Of a stretch of 64,000 nt of DNA, positions 26,781-35,689 are shown in pieces. A model generated the notes under the pieces. It made no database searches and had not been told where the DNA came from. It saw only the letters and a list, made by a program, of their open reading frames with translations. The DNA lies in contig CAZRKH010000010.1 of assembly GCA_964600785.1 (NCBI GenBank), positions 23,393-87,392 on the forward strand, given 5' to 3'. The DNA is from an uncultured Chitinophagaceae bacterium. Its GTDB lineage: Bacteria; Planctomycetota; Planctomycetia; Pirellulales; UBA1268. The translations under genes and the position numbers were made by a program. Positions within the stretch are counted from its first letter, which is position 1; the number at the start of each line of letters is the position of its first letter.

Positions 26781-27995
26781 TCATTCCCCACGAGAGCCCG
26801 TCAGTTTTTCCGCCCAGGCCAAAAGCATCGCATGCTGTTGGGAAAATCGCGGTTCATCCACGCCCAGTGGGCTCTTGAAGAAACAGGCGGGCCAGGCCAG
26901 CGTGCCTCGTTCTCCGCCGCGATGCGCCCGCTCGATGAGCCGGGCGAGGTCGATCACCAGCGGCGCCGCGAGGATCGAATCGCAGCCCTGCCAGGTGAAC
27001 TGGAGGGTCATGGGGGTGCCGAGGAACCCGCGGAAGTGGATGTGGTCCCAGGCGGTTTTCCAGTCGCCGAGGCTCTCGATGAACTCGATCGACACATGGC
27101 TCTGGGGCGGGTAGCCGAGGATCTCGCCGAGCAGATGGTCCTTGCTGCGGACCTTGGATGCCTTGTTGCGAGGGTCGTCGAGCACCTTGCCGTCCAGATT
27201 GCCGAAGATGTTGTGGCCGACCCAGCTCATGACCTCCAGATGTCGTGCCGCGAACATCGGTGCGAGCACGCTTTTGAGGAGCGTTTCCCCCGTTTTGCCG
27301 TCGCAGCCGGCCTGGGGCACACCGCAGTCGTCGGCCAGCCGCTGCAGGGCCGTCGGGGTGCCACCGGTTGACGGGGTGAAGTTCACGTAGGAGCAGCCGG
27401 CCTGGAACGCCGCAGCGGCATAGAGGCTGCTCGTGGGCAGCGGGCAGGAAGACGGGTCGTCAAGCAGAGGTTCGATGTCGGCAAATGATTCCGGCAGTGC
27501 CTCTGCGAGGGGAGGCTCGGTCGAGGCCACGTTGACCACCACGACGTGCCTCAGGGAATGGGCGGTGGCAAAGGCCTCGAGGTCATCGCGGATCCTGCGA
27601 ATCGCCTCGCGGGGCGACTCCACGACCGCCGCGGCCGCTTCGTCGGCGAGTTCACGGATCTTCCCCCCGGCGGCCACCAGGGTGCCAGGCCGCAGCCGCC
27701 CGGCGGCTGCGCGGTGGAAATCGACCGCCGCTTCGATCAGCTCCGGCGGGATCGCCCGACTCTCCGACCACATCAGCCCGGCCGCCTCGGCGAGTTCGCC
27801 GGGGCGGATATCGTGGCCGCCGACGACGATCTCGTCGAAACCGACCAGGTCGAGGCCTGCGAAGGGCTCCAACGCGGTCACCAGGCCGACCGGCGGCGTC
27901 CGGCCGCCCACCAACGACGCCAGCCCGGTCATCACCGTGGTGGCCACGCCCCCCTTGGCTCCAATGAGCCACAGGCCGATCGGTTGACGGGGCAT
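26781..27995 (-). CDS. Inositol-3-phosphate synthase (myo-inositol-1-phosphate synthase)
   Basis: IGLWLIGAKGGVATTV..., YVNFTPS, GCDGKTGETLLKSVLAPMF, SWVGHNIFGNLDGKVL, SKVRSKD and DWKTAWDHIHFRGFLG blocks. Start set at ATG 27995 (MPRQPIGLW). Confidence 0.85.
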   Translation of the reverse strand: MPRQPIGLWLIGAKGGVATTVMTGLASLVGGRTPPVGLVTALEPFAGLDLVGFDEIVVGGHDIRPGELAEAAGLMWSESRAIPPELIEAAVDFHRAAAGRLRPGTLVAAGGKIRELADEAAAAVVESPREAIRRIRDDLEAFATAHSLRHVVVVNVASTEPPLAEALPESFADIEPLLDDPSSCPLPTSSLYAAAAFQAGCSYVNFTPSTGGTPTALQRLADDCGVPQAGCDGKTGETLLKSVLAPMFAARHLEVMSWVGHNIFGNLDGKVLDDPRNKASKVRSKDHLLGEILGYPPQSHVSIEFIESLGDWKTAWDHIHFRGFLGTPMTLQFTWQGCDSILAAPLVIDLARLIERAHRGGERGTLAWPACFFKSPLGVDEPRFSQQHAMLLAWAEKLTGSRGE

Positions 27996-28077
27996 GGGCA
28001 GAGTCACCGGAGGAAGACAGGCATGAAAACCGCAGCCGCGGCCTTGCAAGTCGAGATGCGTTGGTATCATTTGTCGC

Positions 28078-29337
28078 ATGAGCGCGAGCGTCAAGCAAGG
28101 AGAGGCCACCGCCGAAGCGGAACATCGCGGTCGAGGTTCGCTGCGGCTCTCCGAACGAATCAGGGCCCTTGCTCCATCCGCGACGCTGGCGATGGCCGCC
28201 CGGGCCTCGGCGATGAAGGCAGCCGGGATCGACGTGATCGACCTCTCCGTGGGCGAACCCGATTTCCCCACGCCCGACCACATCTGCCGGGCTGCCGAGG
28301 AGGCGATTGCCGCCGGTTTCACCAAGTACACGCCGGCACCCGGGATTCCCGCCCTCCGGGAGGCGGTGGCGGCCGATGCCACCCGTCGCACCGGCCGCGA
28401 GGTGAAGCCCTCGCAGGTGGTGGTTTCCAACGGGGCCAAGCACGCCCTGCACAACGTCTTTACCGCCGTGCTCGAGCCGGGTGACGAGGTGGTCGTGCCC
28501 GCGCCTTATTGGGTGAGCTATGCCGAACTGATCAAGCTCACCGGTGCCCGGCCGATGCTTCTGGAAACCCGCCTGGAGGACGACTTCAAGCTCAGAGCCG
28601 AGACCCTCGCCGCAGCCATCACCCCGGCCACGCGGATGCTCCTGCTCTGCTCGCCGAGCAATCCCACCGGCGTCGTCTATTCCGCCGAGGAACTCAGCGT
28701 GCTTGCCGACATCGCCGTCGAACGCGACCTGGCGGTGGTCTCGGACGAGATCTACGATCAGCTCGTCTTCGACGGCCGGCAGGCGGTCTCCTTCGCGAGC
28801 CTGCGGCCGGGCCTGGCCGAGCGGACCGTGGTGGTGGCCGGCGTGAGCAAGACCTACTCGATGACCGGCTGGCGAATCGGCTGGACGATCAGCCCGGAGC
28901 CGCTGGCCAAGGCGATCGCCGGCCTGCAGAGCCAAGAGACGAGCAACCCCTGCAGCATCAGCCAGCATGCGGCGATCGCGGCTCTTCAGGGGCCACAGGA
29001 ATGCGTGGCCACGATGCGGGACGCCTTCCAGGCCCGGCGGGATCTCGTGGCGGCCCGGCTGGCCGCGATGCCGGGAATCCGTCTGCCCAATATCGGCGGA
29101 GCCTTCTACGCCTTCTTCGAGATCCTGCCCCACCTCGGCCGCAGCTATGGCGGGAAGCAGGTGGCCACGAGCGTGGAATGGTGCGAGGCCCTGCTCGAGG
29201 CGGAACAGGTCGCCACGGTGGCCGGAGCCGCCTTCGGAGCGGAGGGTCACGTGCGGATGTCGTTCGCGGCCTCCGAGGAGAAGCTTGCCGAGGGCCTCGA
29301 CCGCATCGAGCGATTTCTCAGCTCGCCGTCATCCTGA
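28078..29337 (+). CDS. Class I/II pyridoxal-phosphate-dependent aminotransferase (aspartate aminotransferase-like)
   Basis: IDLSVGEPDFPTPDHI, YTPAPGIPALREAV, SPSNPTG, and SKTYSMTGWRIGW (PLP lysine motif). Confidence 0.9.
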   Translation: MSASVKQGEATAEAEHRGRGSLRLSERIRALAPSATLAMAARASAMKAAGIDVIDLSVGEPDFPTPDHICRAAEEAIAAGFTKYTPAPGIPALREAVAADATRRTGREVKPSQVVVSNGAKHALHNVFTAVLEPGDEVVVPAPYWVSYAELIKLTGARPMLLETRLEDDFKLRAETLAAAITPATRMLLLCSPSNPTGVVYSAEELSVLADIAVERDLAVVSDEIYDQLVFDGRQAVSFASLRPGLAERTVVVAGVSKTYSMTGWRIGWTISPEPLAKAIAGLQSQETSNPCSISQHAAIAALQGPQECVATMRDAFQARRDLVAARLAAMPGIRLPNIGGAFYAFFEILPHLGRSYGGKQVATSVEWCEALLEAEQVATVAGAAFGAEGHVRMSFAASEEKLAEGLDRIERFLSSPSS

Positions 29338-30352
29338 CCACCGCCTTGAGCACGCCGGAATCGGGCTCGAGCAGGGCCGGCAGGGCCTGCGGTGTTTCTG
29401 GGAAGGCCAGCTCGTGGGTGATCCAGGGTGCGGTGTCGATCTCGCCCCGCTCGATGAGCCCGATGATCCTCGGGAAGTCGCGGGAGGGGGCATTGCGGCT
29501 GGCGAGAATCGACAGTTCCCGGCGGTGCATCACCGGGGCGTGGGGGAACGAGAGCGGCTGCTGCGTGATTCCCACGTAGACCAGCCGCCCGCCGAAGCTG
29601 CACAGTTCGAGCGCCCCGCTCATGCTGCGGTGGCTCCCGGTGGCGTCGATCACCACTTCGGCCATGCGGCCCCCGGTGAGCTCGCGGAGGGCCTCCACGT
29701 CAGCCGGGCCGCCAGTGGCCAGCAGCGTGTCGTGGATGCCGAGCTTTTCCCGTGCGAACGCCAGTCGCGATGCGGCCATGTCCATCACCACCACGCGGGC
29801 ACCTGCCACCCGGGCAAACTCGACCGCCGAGAGCCCGATCGGCCCGGCCCCGATCACGAGCACCGTTTCCGCTGCCTGCGGCGACCCGCGATCGACCGCA
29901 TGGCAGCCGATGGCGAGCGTCTCGACAAGCGCGTTTTGGGCGGGGGACAGCCGGGGAGAGGGGTGGAGCTTGCGTGCCGGCAGGCTCAGCAGCGGCCGCA
30001 GCCCCCCGTCGCAATGCACGCCGAGCGTCTGGTGGTGCTCGCAGCAGTTGGTCAGGCCCCGCAGGCAGGCCGGACAGCCCTGGCAGTTGATGTAGGGCTC
30101 CACGCAGCAGCGGTCCCCCGCCGCGACGCCCTCCACACCCTCGCCCACGGCAACCACCTCCACGCCGAGTTCGTGTCCGGGAATCCTCGGGTAGCTGAAG
30201 AAGGGCATCGTGCCGAGATAGCCGCCGTAGTCGGTGCCGCAGATGCCCACCGCCTGCACGCGGACGACCGCCTCACCAGGGCCCGGGGCCGGCGGCTCGG
30301 CGATCTCGATCAGGCGAATCTCGCGGGGCTTTTCAAACAGCAGAGCCTGCAT
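29318..30352 (-). CDS. Zinc-dependent medium-chain alcohol/polyol dehydrogenase
   Basis: MQALLFEKP..., GICGTDYGGY, GHELGVEVVAVG, the structural-Zn cysteines CVEPYINCQGCPACLRGLTNCC, and VLVIGAGPIGL. Confidence 0.85.
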   Translation of the reverse strand: MQALLFEKPREIRLIEIAEPPAPGPGEAVVRVQAVGICGTDYGGYLGTMPFFSYPRIPGHELGVEVVAVGEGVEGVAAGDRCCVEPYINCQGCPACLRGLTNCCEHHQTLGVHCDGGLRPLLSLPARKLHPSPRLSPAQNALVETLAIGCHAVDRGSPQAAETVLVIGAGPIGLSAVEFARVAGARVVVMDMAASRLAFAREKLGIHDTLLATGGPADVEALRELTGGRMAEVVIDATGSHRSMSGALELCSFGGRLVYVGITQQPLSFPHAPVMHRRELSILASRNAPSRDFPRIIGLIERGEIDTAPWITHELAFPETPQALPALLEPDSGVLKAVVRMTAS

Positions 30353-31205
30353 CGCTGCATTCCTCCCCTGGGGTCGTGAGCCGATAGAAGCTCGCCGCGG
30401 TGCCGCCAAAGACGAGGGCCTGCTCGTCGGCCGAGAGCGGCGAGAGAAAATCCTCCACGATCCCCAGGACCTCGGCATACTCCGCCGCCACCAGGCAGAC
30501 CGGCCAGTCGCTCCCAAACATCAGCCGCCGCGGGCCGAAGGCCTCCAGGGCCACTTCGAGGTAGGGCCGGAAATCCTCCTTTTTCCAGCCCTGCCAGGCG
30601 GCCTCGGTGACCAGCCCGGAAAGCTTGCAGGAGACGTTGGCGAGGGCCGCGAGGGCCTCGAGGTCGTTCCGCCAGGGCTGCATGAGCCGCTTCTCGATAC
30701 CCGGCTTGCCGAGGTGATCGAGCACGAACGGCTGTTCGGGCAGCAGGCCCGCCAGTTCGGTCGCGGCCGGCAGCTGCGGCGGATAGAGCAGCAGGTCGTA
30801 GGTCAGCCCGTGGCGGGCGAGCTGCGAAATCCCCCGCACGAACGCCTCGCCGAGCAGGAAGGCGGGGTCGGGCTCGTCCTGCACCACATGGCGAACTCCC
30901 ACGAACCTCGGGTCCGTTGCCAGTGTCTCGAGCTGCTCGGTGACCTGCTCGCTTTGCAGGTCGACCCAGCCGACCACTCCCAGGATCCGGTTGAGCGGCT
31001 TCGCGGCGAGCTCGAGCAGCCACCGCGATTCCTCGAGGCTCTGCCGGGCCTGGACCGCCACGCTGCCGTCGATTCCAGCGGCCGACAACAGCGGCTCGAG
31101 GTCACCGGGCAGCTCATTCCGGGCGATCCGCTGCATCCGTCCGCCGATCCAGGGGTAGTCCGCCGGGCTGTACTGCCAGAAATGCTGGTGGGCGTCGATC
31201 CGCAT
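30333..31205 (-). CDS. Amidohydrolase-2 family lactonase (L-fucono-1,5-lactonase-like)
   Basis: MRIDAHQHFWQY...VLDHLGKP...FGSDWPVC are the metal-binding blocks of the fuconolactonase group. Overlaps the downstream dehydrogenase start by 20 nt. Confidence 0.8.
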   Translation of the reverse strand: MRIDAHQHFWQYSPADYPWIGGRMQRIARNELPGDLEPLLSAAGIDGSVAVQARQSLEESRWLLELAAKPLNRILGVVGWVDLQSEQVTEQLETLATDPRFVGVRHVVQDEPDPAFLLGEAFVRGISQLARHGLTYDLLLYPPQLPAATELAGLLPEQPFVLDHLGKPGIEKRLMQPWRNDLEALAALANVSCKLSGLVTEAAWQGWKKEDFRPYLEVALEAFGPRRLMFGSDWPVCLVAAEYAEVLGIVEDFLSPLSADEQALVFGGTAASFYRLTTPGEECSDAGSAV

Positions 31206-31241
31206 CGCATGGCCGTCGGTAGTTGGTGATTGATTCACGGC

Positions 31242-32183
31242 TCAGTTGTTCTCCGGCAGGCCCTCGAGGTGGCCGATGTTCTTCACCGGCGAGAAGATCG
31301 CCTGCACCTCCGCGAGGAGTTCCTCGTCGATCGGTTCGGCGGCCCAGGCAGCCCAGGCCCGCACGTTGGCGGGATTGGCGCTGCCGGCAATCGTGGTGGC
31401 GATCTGCGGGTTGGCGATTGCGAACTGCAAGGCGAGCTTGGCGAGCGAACTGCCGCGGGCCCGACAGGCCTCCACCGCACGACGGGCCGCAGCCTTCACC
31501 TCCTCCGGTTCCTTGAGCCACGCCGGCAGGGCCGCGTCGGTCAGCAGCCGGGCGCTGAAGGGCCCGGCGTTCATCAGGCCGATTCCCTTCGCGGCAAGGT
31601 GCGGAATCGTCTCGTCGGCGAAGCGGGTGTTTTGCAGGGTGTATTGGTTGTAGCTGAGCACGCAGTCGACCTCCGCGGCATCGCAGATCGTGCGGAAGAT
31701 TTTCTGCGGATAGCCGCTGAAGCCGATGCAGCGGACCTTGCCGGCATCACGGGCCTTTCGCAGGGCGGGCAGGGTCTCTTCGATGATCGGCCCGAGCGGC
31801 ACGAACTCGACGTCGTGGCAGAGCACGATGTCGAGGTGGTCGGTGCCGAGGCGATGCAGCGAGACATCGATGCTCTCGGCGACTCGCCGCGGAGAGAAGT
31901 CGAAATGGGCCAGATCGTAGCGGCCGAGTTTGGTGCACAGCAGGTAGGACTCGCGGGGCACGTCCCGCAGGGCGAGCCCGAGAAGCACCTCGCTCATGCC
32001 GCGGCCGTAGAAGGGGCTGGTGTCGATCAGGTTCATCCCGCATTCCAGGGCCGCGGCCACGCTGCCGAACGCCTCATCGAGCGTGATTTTGCGAAATTCC
32101 TGGCCCAGCGAGGAGCCGCCGAAGCCGAGGATCGGCAGCTCGAGTCCGGTGGTGCCGAGCGGACGGGTCTGCATGGGAATCAC
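31242..32183 (-). CDS. Aldo/keto reductase (D-threo-aldose / L-fucose 1-dehydrogenase-like)
   Basis: RPLGTTGLELPILGFGGSSLG, IDTSPFYGRGMSEVLLG, CTKLGRY, LDIVLCHDVEF. Start is GTG 32183 or ATG 32174. Confidence 0.85.
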   Translation of the reverse strand: MIPMQTRPLGTTGLELPILGFGGSSLGQEFRKITLDEAFGSVAAALECGMNLIDTSPFYGRGMSEVLLGLALRDVPRESYLLCTKLGRYDLAHFDFSPRRVAESIDVSLHRLGTDHLDIVLCHDVEFVPLGPIIEETLPALRKARDAGKVRCIGFSGYPQKIFRTICDAAEVDCVLSYNQYTLQNTRFADETIPHLAAKGIGLMNAGPFSARLLTDAALPAWLKEPEEVKAAARRAVEACRARGSSLAKLALQFAIANPQIATTIAGSANPANVRAWAAWAAEPIDEELLAEVQAIFSPVKNIGHLEGLPENN

Positions 32184-32192
32184 CCCGGGGAG

Positions 32193-32645
32193 TCAGAAGG
32201 TGCGGCAGCCGAGGGAGAGCAGAAGGTTGGCCCAAGGCTGGGTGTCGGCGGTCTGGATCGTGAGCACGTGGTCGGGGGAGGCCACCGCATCGTAGAAGTC
32301 CCACTTCACGACCGGCACGAGCTGGCAGGGACTGCCGGCGGCCTGGAGGATCCGGCGATACTCCGCCCACACCGGAGGGTCGCCGGGCGTGGCTTCGGCA
32401 TAGGCATCGCTGCGATCGACTCCCATCGTGATCACCTCATCGACGCGGACCGTGGCCAGGATCGCTTCGAAGACCTGAGCCACCGTGGGAACCCCGGGTA
32501 CCAGCTGGAGCGAGACGATCTCCGCGGCTGGGCCCCGCTTGTTGAGGGCCGGGTAGTTGCCATCGGCGATGAGCAGCTTCGAGTGATGGCCCGCGGTGGC
32601 GAGGCGGGCGAGGATCGCGGGATGCAAGAGCGGGGTCTCGAGCAT
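32193..32645 (-). CDS. fucU: RbsD/FucU family mutarotase (L-fucose mutarotase-like)
   Basis: 150 aa. LLHPAILARLATAGHHSKLLIADGNYP...FYDAV are typical FucU blocks. Confidence 0.75.
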   Translation of the reverse strand: MLETPLLHPAILARLATAGHHSKLLIADGNYPALNKRGPAAEIVSLQLVPGVPTVAQVFEAILATVRVDEVITMGVDRSDAYAEATPGDPPVWAEYRRILQAAGSPCQLVPVVKWDFYDAVASPDHVLTIQTADTQPWANLLLSLGCRTF

Positions 32646-32663
32646 GGGGCATGTCTCCGGGGG

Positions 32664-33500
32664 TCACTTGCCCGAGGCGTGGGCCAGGAAGCTCTGGATG
32701 CTCGCGGCGGCCGCTTCTTCGGGGCTGGGCAACGGAAAGACCTCCGCCGAAAGATATCCGCGAAAGCCGATCGATCGCAGGGCAGCCACGAGCGGACGGA
32801 CATCGGTGTGGCCCAGGCCGATCGCACGACGGTTGGAATCGGCCCAGTGGACATGCCGCACCCGGCGGCCGGCTTCCCCGATCGCGGCGGCCATGTCGGC
32901 CTCCTCGATATTCATGTGAAACAAGTCGGCCAGGATCCGCACATGCGTCAGGCTGTTTTTCTCCAGGAATGCCGCCGCGTCGACGATCGAGTTGAACAGA
33001 TCGGTCTCGTAGCGGTTGAGCGGCTCGTAGAGCAGCACCTGGCCGTGGCGTGCCGCCCGGTCGCCGAGGCTGCCGAGTGCCTCGGCGAGCATCGCCAGGG
33101 CCGACTCGCGGGGCAGCTTGGGGCTGGTGCGGCCCTGCATCGAACCGATGATCGCCGGTGCGGCCAGGCTGCCGGCGACATCGATGACGTCGCCGATGAA
33201 CTCCGCGGCCCTGCCGCGGACGGAGGCTTCGGGATCACACAGCGAGAGCCGCTCCCGCAGCCAGCCGGCCCCGGTGCCGACCGCCGCGAGTGAGAGCCGA
33301 TGGCTTTCGAGCAGCTCACGCAGCTCATCCGCGGGAACGCCAGCCGCGTCGGACGGGAAGACCTCGACCCCGTCGAAGCCGAGTTCGGCCGCGACCCGGC
33401 AGCCCTCAGCGAGCGAAAGTGGCCCGCCCTTGCCGCAATGGAGCACGAAGGGCCCCCCGCGGGCCTCGGGCACGAGGCTGATCGTGATCGCCGATTTCAT
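32664..33500 (-). CDS. Xylose-isomerase-like TIM-barrel protein (sugar phosphate isomerase/epimerase family)
   Basis: GFDGVEVF..., YEPLNRYETDL, ILADLFHMNIEE, HVHWADSNR. ATGA overlap with the upstream gene stop. Confidence 0.8.
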   Translation of the reverse strand: MKSAITISLVPEARGGPFVLHCGKGGPLSLAEGCRVAAELGFDGVEVFPSDAAGVPADELRELLESHRLSLAAVGTGAGWLRERLSLCDPEASVRGRAAEFIGDVIDVAGSLAAPAIIGSMQGRTSPKLPRESALAMLAEALGSLGDRAARHGQVLLYEPLNRYETDLFNSIVDAAAFLEKNSLTHVRILADLFHMNIEEADMAAAIGEAGRRVRHVHWADSNRRAIGLGHTDVRPLVAALRSIGFRGYLSAEVFPLPSPEEAAAASIQSFLAHASGK

Positions 33501-34792
33501 GCCGGCCCTCCCGCGTTGGTGTCTTCGCCAAGCAGCAGCGGACGCATATGCCGCTGGAAAAGGTTGTCGGTGACCTGTCTGGCCACGATCTCCCGGTTGG
33601 CCTCGAGCAGATCGGTGTAGCGGCTGCCGCGGTTCGCTGCCAGCTTGAAGGCGACATGCAACAGCTGCCGGATCGAGGGATTGAACTCGGGATTGTGCGG
33701 CACGTGGCGGATTGCGGCTGCCAGCCGCGGACCGCTCCAGCCCGCCAGCTCCACCGCCGAGGGCAGCTGTGAGCGGTCGATGTCGATCACACTGGCGTAG
33801 GGCCCGGTCAGCTCGTCGATGCCGGCCACCGCCTCGGCATAGATCTCACGGGCCAGGTCCAGCCCGTCACCCCCGGCTTCGGCGAGACCGATCAGCTCCT
33901 CGAGCCACGTGGTGCCGGCCGTCTTGAGGTGGAACCCCGCCCCGCTGCGGGCGGTCGCCTCGCGGATGAGTGGATAGAGCGAAAACTTGTCGCTACCGGA
34001 GTGGACCGAAAGCTTGAGCGACTCCGGCAGGCCGTAGGCCGCCACGGCATGGGCGAGCACGGCGATGTCGTCGGCAAATTCACGGGCGAAGCGGGCAGTG
34101 TCGCCGACGTAGTCGACGCCCTTGTTGAAGCGACCGCTGAACTTCGGGGCGATCGTCTGCAGGGGCACCCCCTCGTCGGCAAGCATCGCCAGGATCACCA
34201 GCAGCTCCGGGGGCGTCTGCGGCTGCTGTGTCTCATCCATGCTCACTTCGGTGACGAAGCCGGTGGTCCGCCCGGCGGCGATGTGGCGGTAGATGGCCCC
34301 GGCCTCCCGGCAGGCGGCGAGATAGTGGCCGGCGATCCGGCGTGCCTCGTCGGCCGAGAGCGGCAAGGGGCGGGCGATCCCCTCGACCGCCACCGGCCCG
34401 GTCAGTTCCGGATGCCGCTCGAGAAAATCGTCCAGCTCTCCACGGCCGGCATCGTCGGCGGGCGATCCGATCTGCTCCGCGACATCGATCGTGAAGAAGT
34501 CTGCCGAGGCGAGATAGCCGTCGACCGTGTCGAGGCGGATGTGGTCGGCATCGACGAACCAGGGATGTTCCCAGCCACGTTTTTGCACGGCAGCCTTGGC
34601 GGCGGCGAGCACGTCACCCGGCCTGCTGCCGACGAACGAGTGCTCACGGTGCGACTTGTTCCAGACCGGAGCCGCCACCACGCCGCACTCGGCAAGCCGC
34701 TCGAAGGCGGCCAGCTGGGCCTCGGCCTCGTGGGCAAATCGGTCGCCGACACCGATCGAGAAGCGTGGCAGGCTGGGCGGCTGTGGGGGCAT
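33497..34792 (-). CDS. UxaE-like tagaturonate/fructuronate epimerase family protein
   Basis: This is only the last 431 codons of the 1633-aa listed ORF. MPPQPPSLPRFSIGVGDRFAHEAEAQL..., WFVDADHI, FFTIDVAE, EVSMDE, LKLSVHSGSDKFS, FHLKTAGTTWLEE. The upstream 1200 codons are an R/S/P-rich shadow frame. Confidence 0.7.
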   Translation of the reverse strand: MPPQPPSLPRFSIGVGDRFAHEAEAQLAAFERLAECGVVAAPVWNKSHREHSFVGSRPGDVLAAAKAAVQKRGWEHPWFVDADHIRLDTVDGYLASADFFTIDVAEQIGSPADDAGRGELDDFLERHPELTGPVAVEGIARPLPLSADEARRIAGHYLAACREAGAIYRHIAAGRTTGFVTEVSMDETQQPQTPPELLVILAMLADEGVPLQTIAPKFSGRFNKGVDYVGDTARFAREFADDIAVLAHAVAAYGLPESLKLSVHSGSDKFSLYPLIREATARSGAGFHLKTAGTTWLEELIGLAEAGGDGLDLAREIYAEAVAGIDELTGPYASVIDIDRSQLPSAVELAGWSGPRLAAAIRHVPHNPEFNPSIRQLLHVAFKLAANRGSRYTDLLEANREIVARQVTDNLFQRHMRPLLLGEDTNAGGPA

Positions 34793-34954
34793 TGAGCGGT
34801 TTCCTCGACACGACGGGTATGGCGGTGAATCGGGTGGACGCGAGCCTTTCCTCGGGTCGCGAGTGTCAGTGTAGTGGTACGGGTGTGGGAATCGAGTGAT
34901 GATACTTTCGCGGGTGTCGCGGTACGGGGCCCGCTTCCGGCTCGGGAGCATGCG

Positions 34955-35689
34955 ATGAGCGAGGCGGCGATCATCCTGGCTGGTGGCCGTGGCCGTCGCC
35001 TCGGGGCCCTGCCACCCGGCGGCAAGGCCGCGGTCGAGATCGGTGGCCGCTCGCTCTTGGAGCGGGTCGTGGCGGCCGCGGCGACCGAGGTGGAGCGGAT
35101 CGTGGTGGTCACCGCGGCCGCCCGTCCGATTCCACCGCTGCACGAGGTGGCTGCACCGCTGGAGGTGATTCACGACACGCACCCAGGCTCGGGCCCGCTT
35201 GCGGCAATCGTCGATGGCATGCGGCGGCTCGCCGTTCCCTCCACCGGCCCGCCGGTGGGGCGGTGTTTGATCGCCGCCTGTGATCTGCCGCTGCTCGAGC
35301 CGGCGGTGGTGAGACTCCTGCTTGATGCCTGCGGAGAGGACGAGGCGGCCGGAATTCCCTCGTGGGTCGTGCCGGTGGTGGGCGGGTATTCGCAGGTGCT
35401 CGTCTCGGCGATGGCCATGGGCGTCCTGCCGACGCTCGAGCGGTATCTCGACGAGGGTCGCCGCGATCTGCGTGGGCTGCTCGGTCGGCTCACGGTTCGA
35501 TTGCTCGACGAGGCCCGTCTCGCCGAGGTTGATCCTACTCTGGCCTCGTTCCGCGATCTCGACACGCCCGGAGACCGAGAAAGCATCGCCGCTCTGAGCC
35601 AACGCCGCGGTTTGGCGTATACTCCCGGTCACGATCAAAAAGCCGCGGGTGGCAGGGATGGCACGCGAGCGACGACGAACGAGGAGTGA
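34955..35689 (+). CDS. mobA: Molybdenum cofactor guanylyltransferase (MobA-like NTP transferase)
   Basis: AIILAGGRGRRLG..., GPLAAIVDG, LIAACDLPLL. Confidence 0.75.
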   Translation: MSEAAIILAGGRGRRLGALPPGGKAAVEIGGRSLLERVVAAAATEVERIVVVTAAARPIPPLHEVAAPLEVIHDTHPGSGPLAAIVDGMRRLAVPSTGPPVGRCLIAACDLPLLEPAVVRLLLDACGEDEAAGIPSWVVPVVGGYSQVLVSAMAMGVLPTLERYLDEGRRDLRGLLGRLTVRLLDEARLAEVDPTLASFRDLDTPGDRESIAALSQRRGLAYTPGHDQKAAGGRDGTRATTNEE

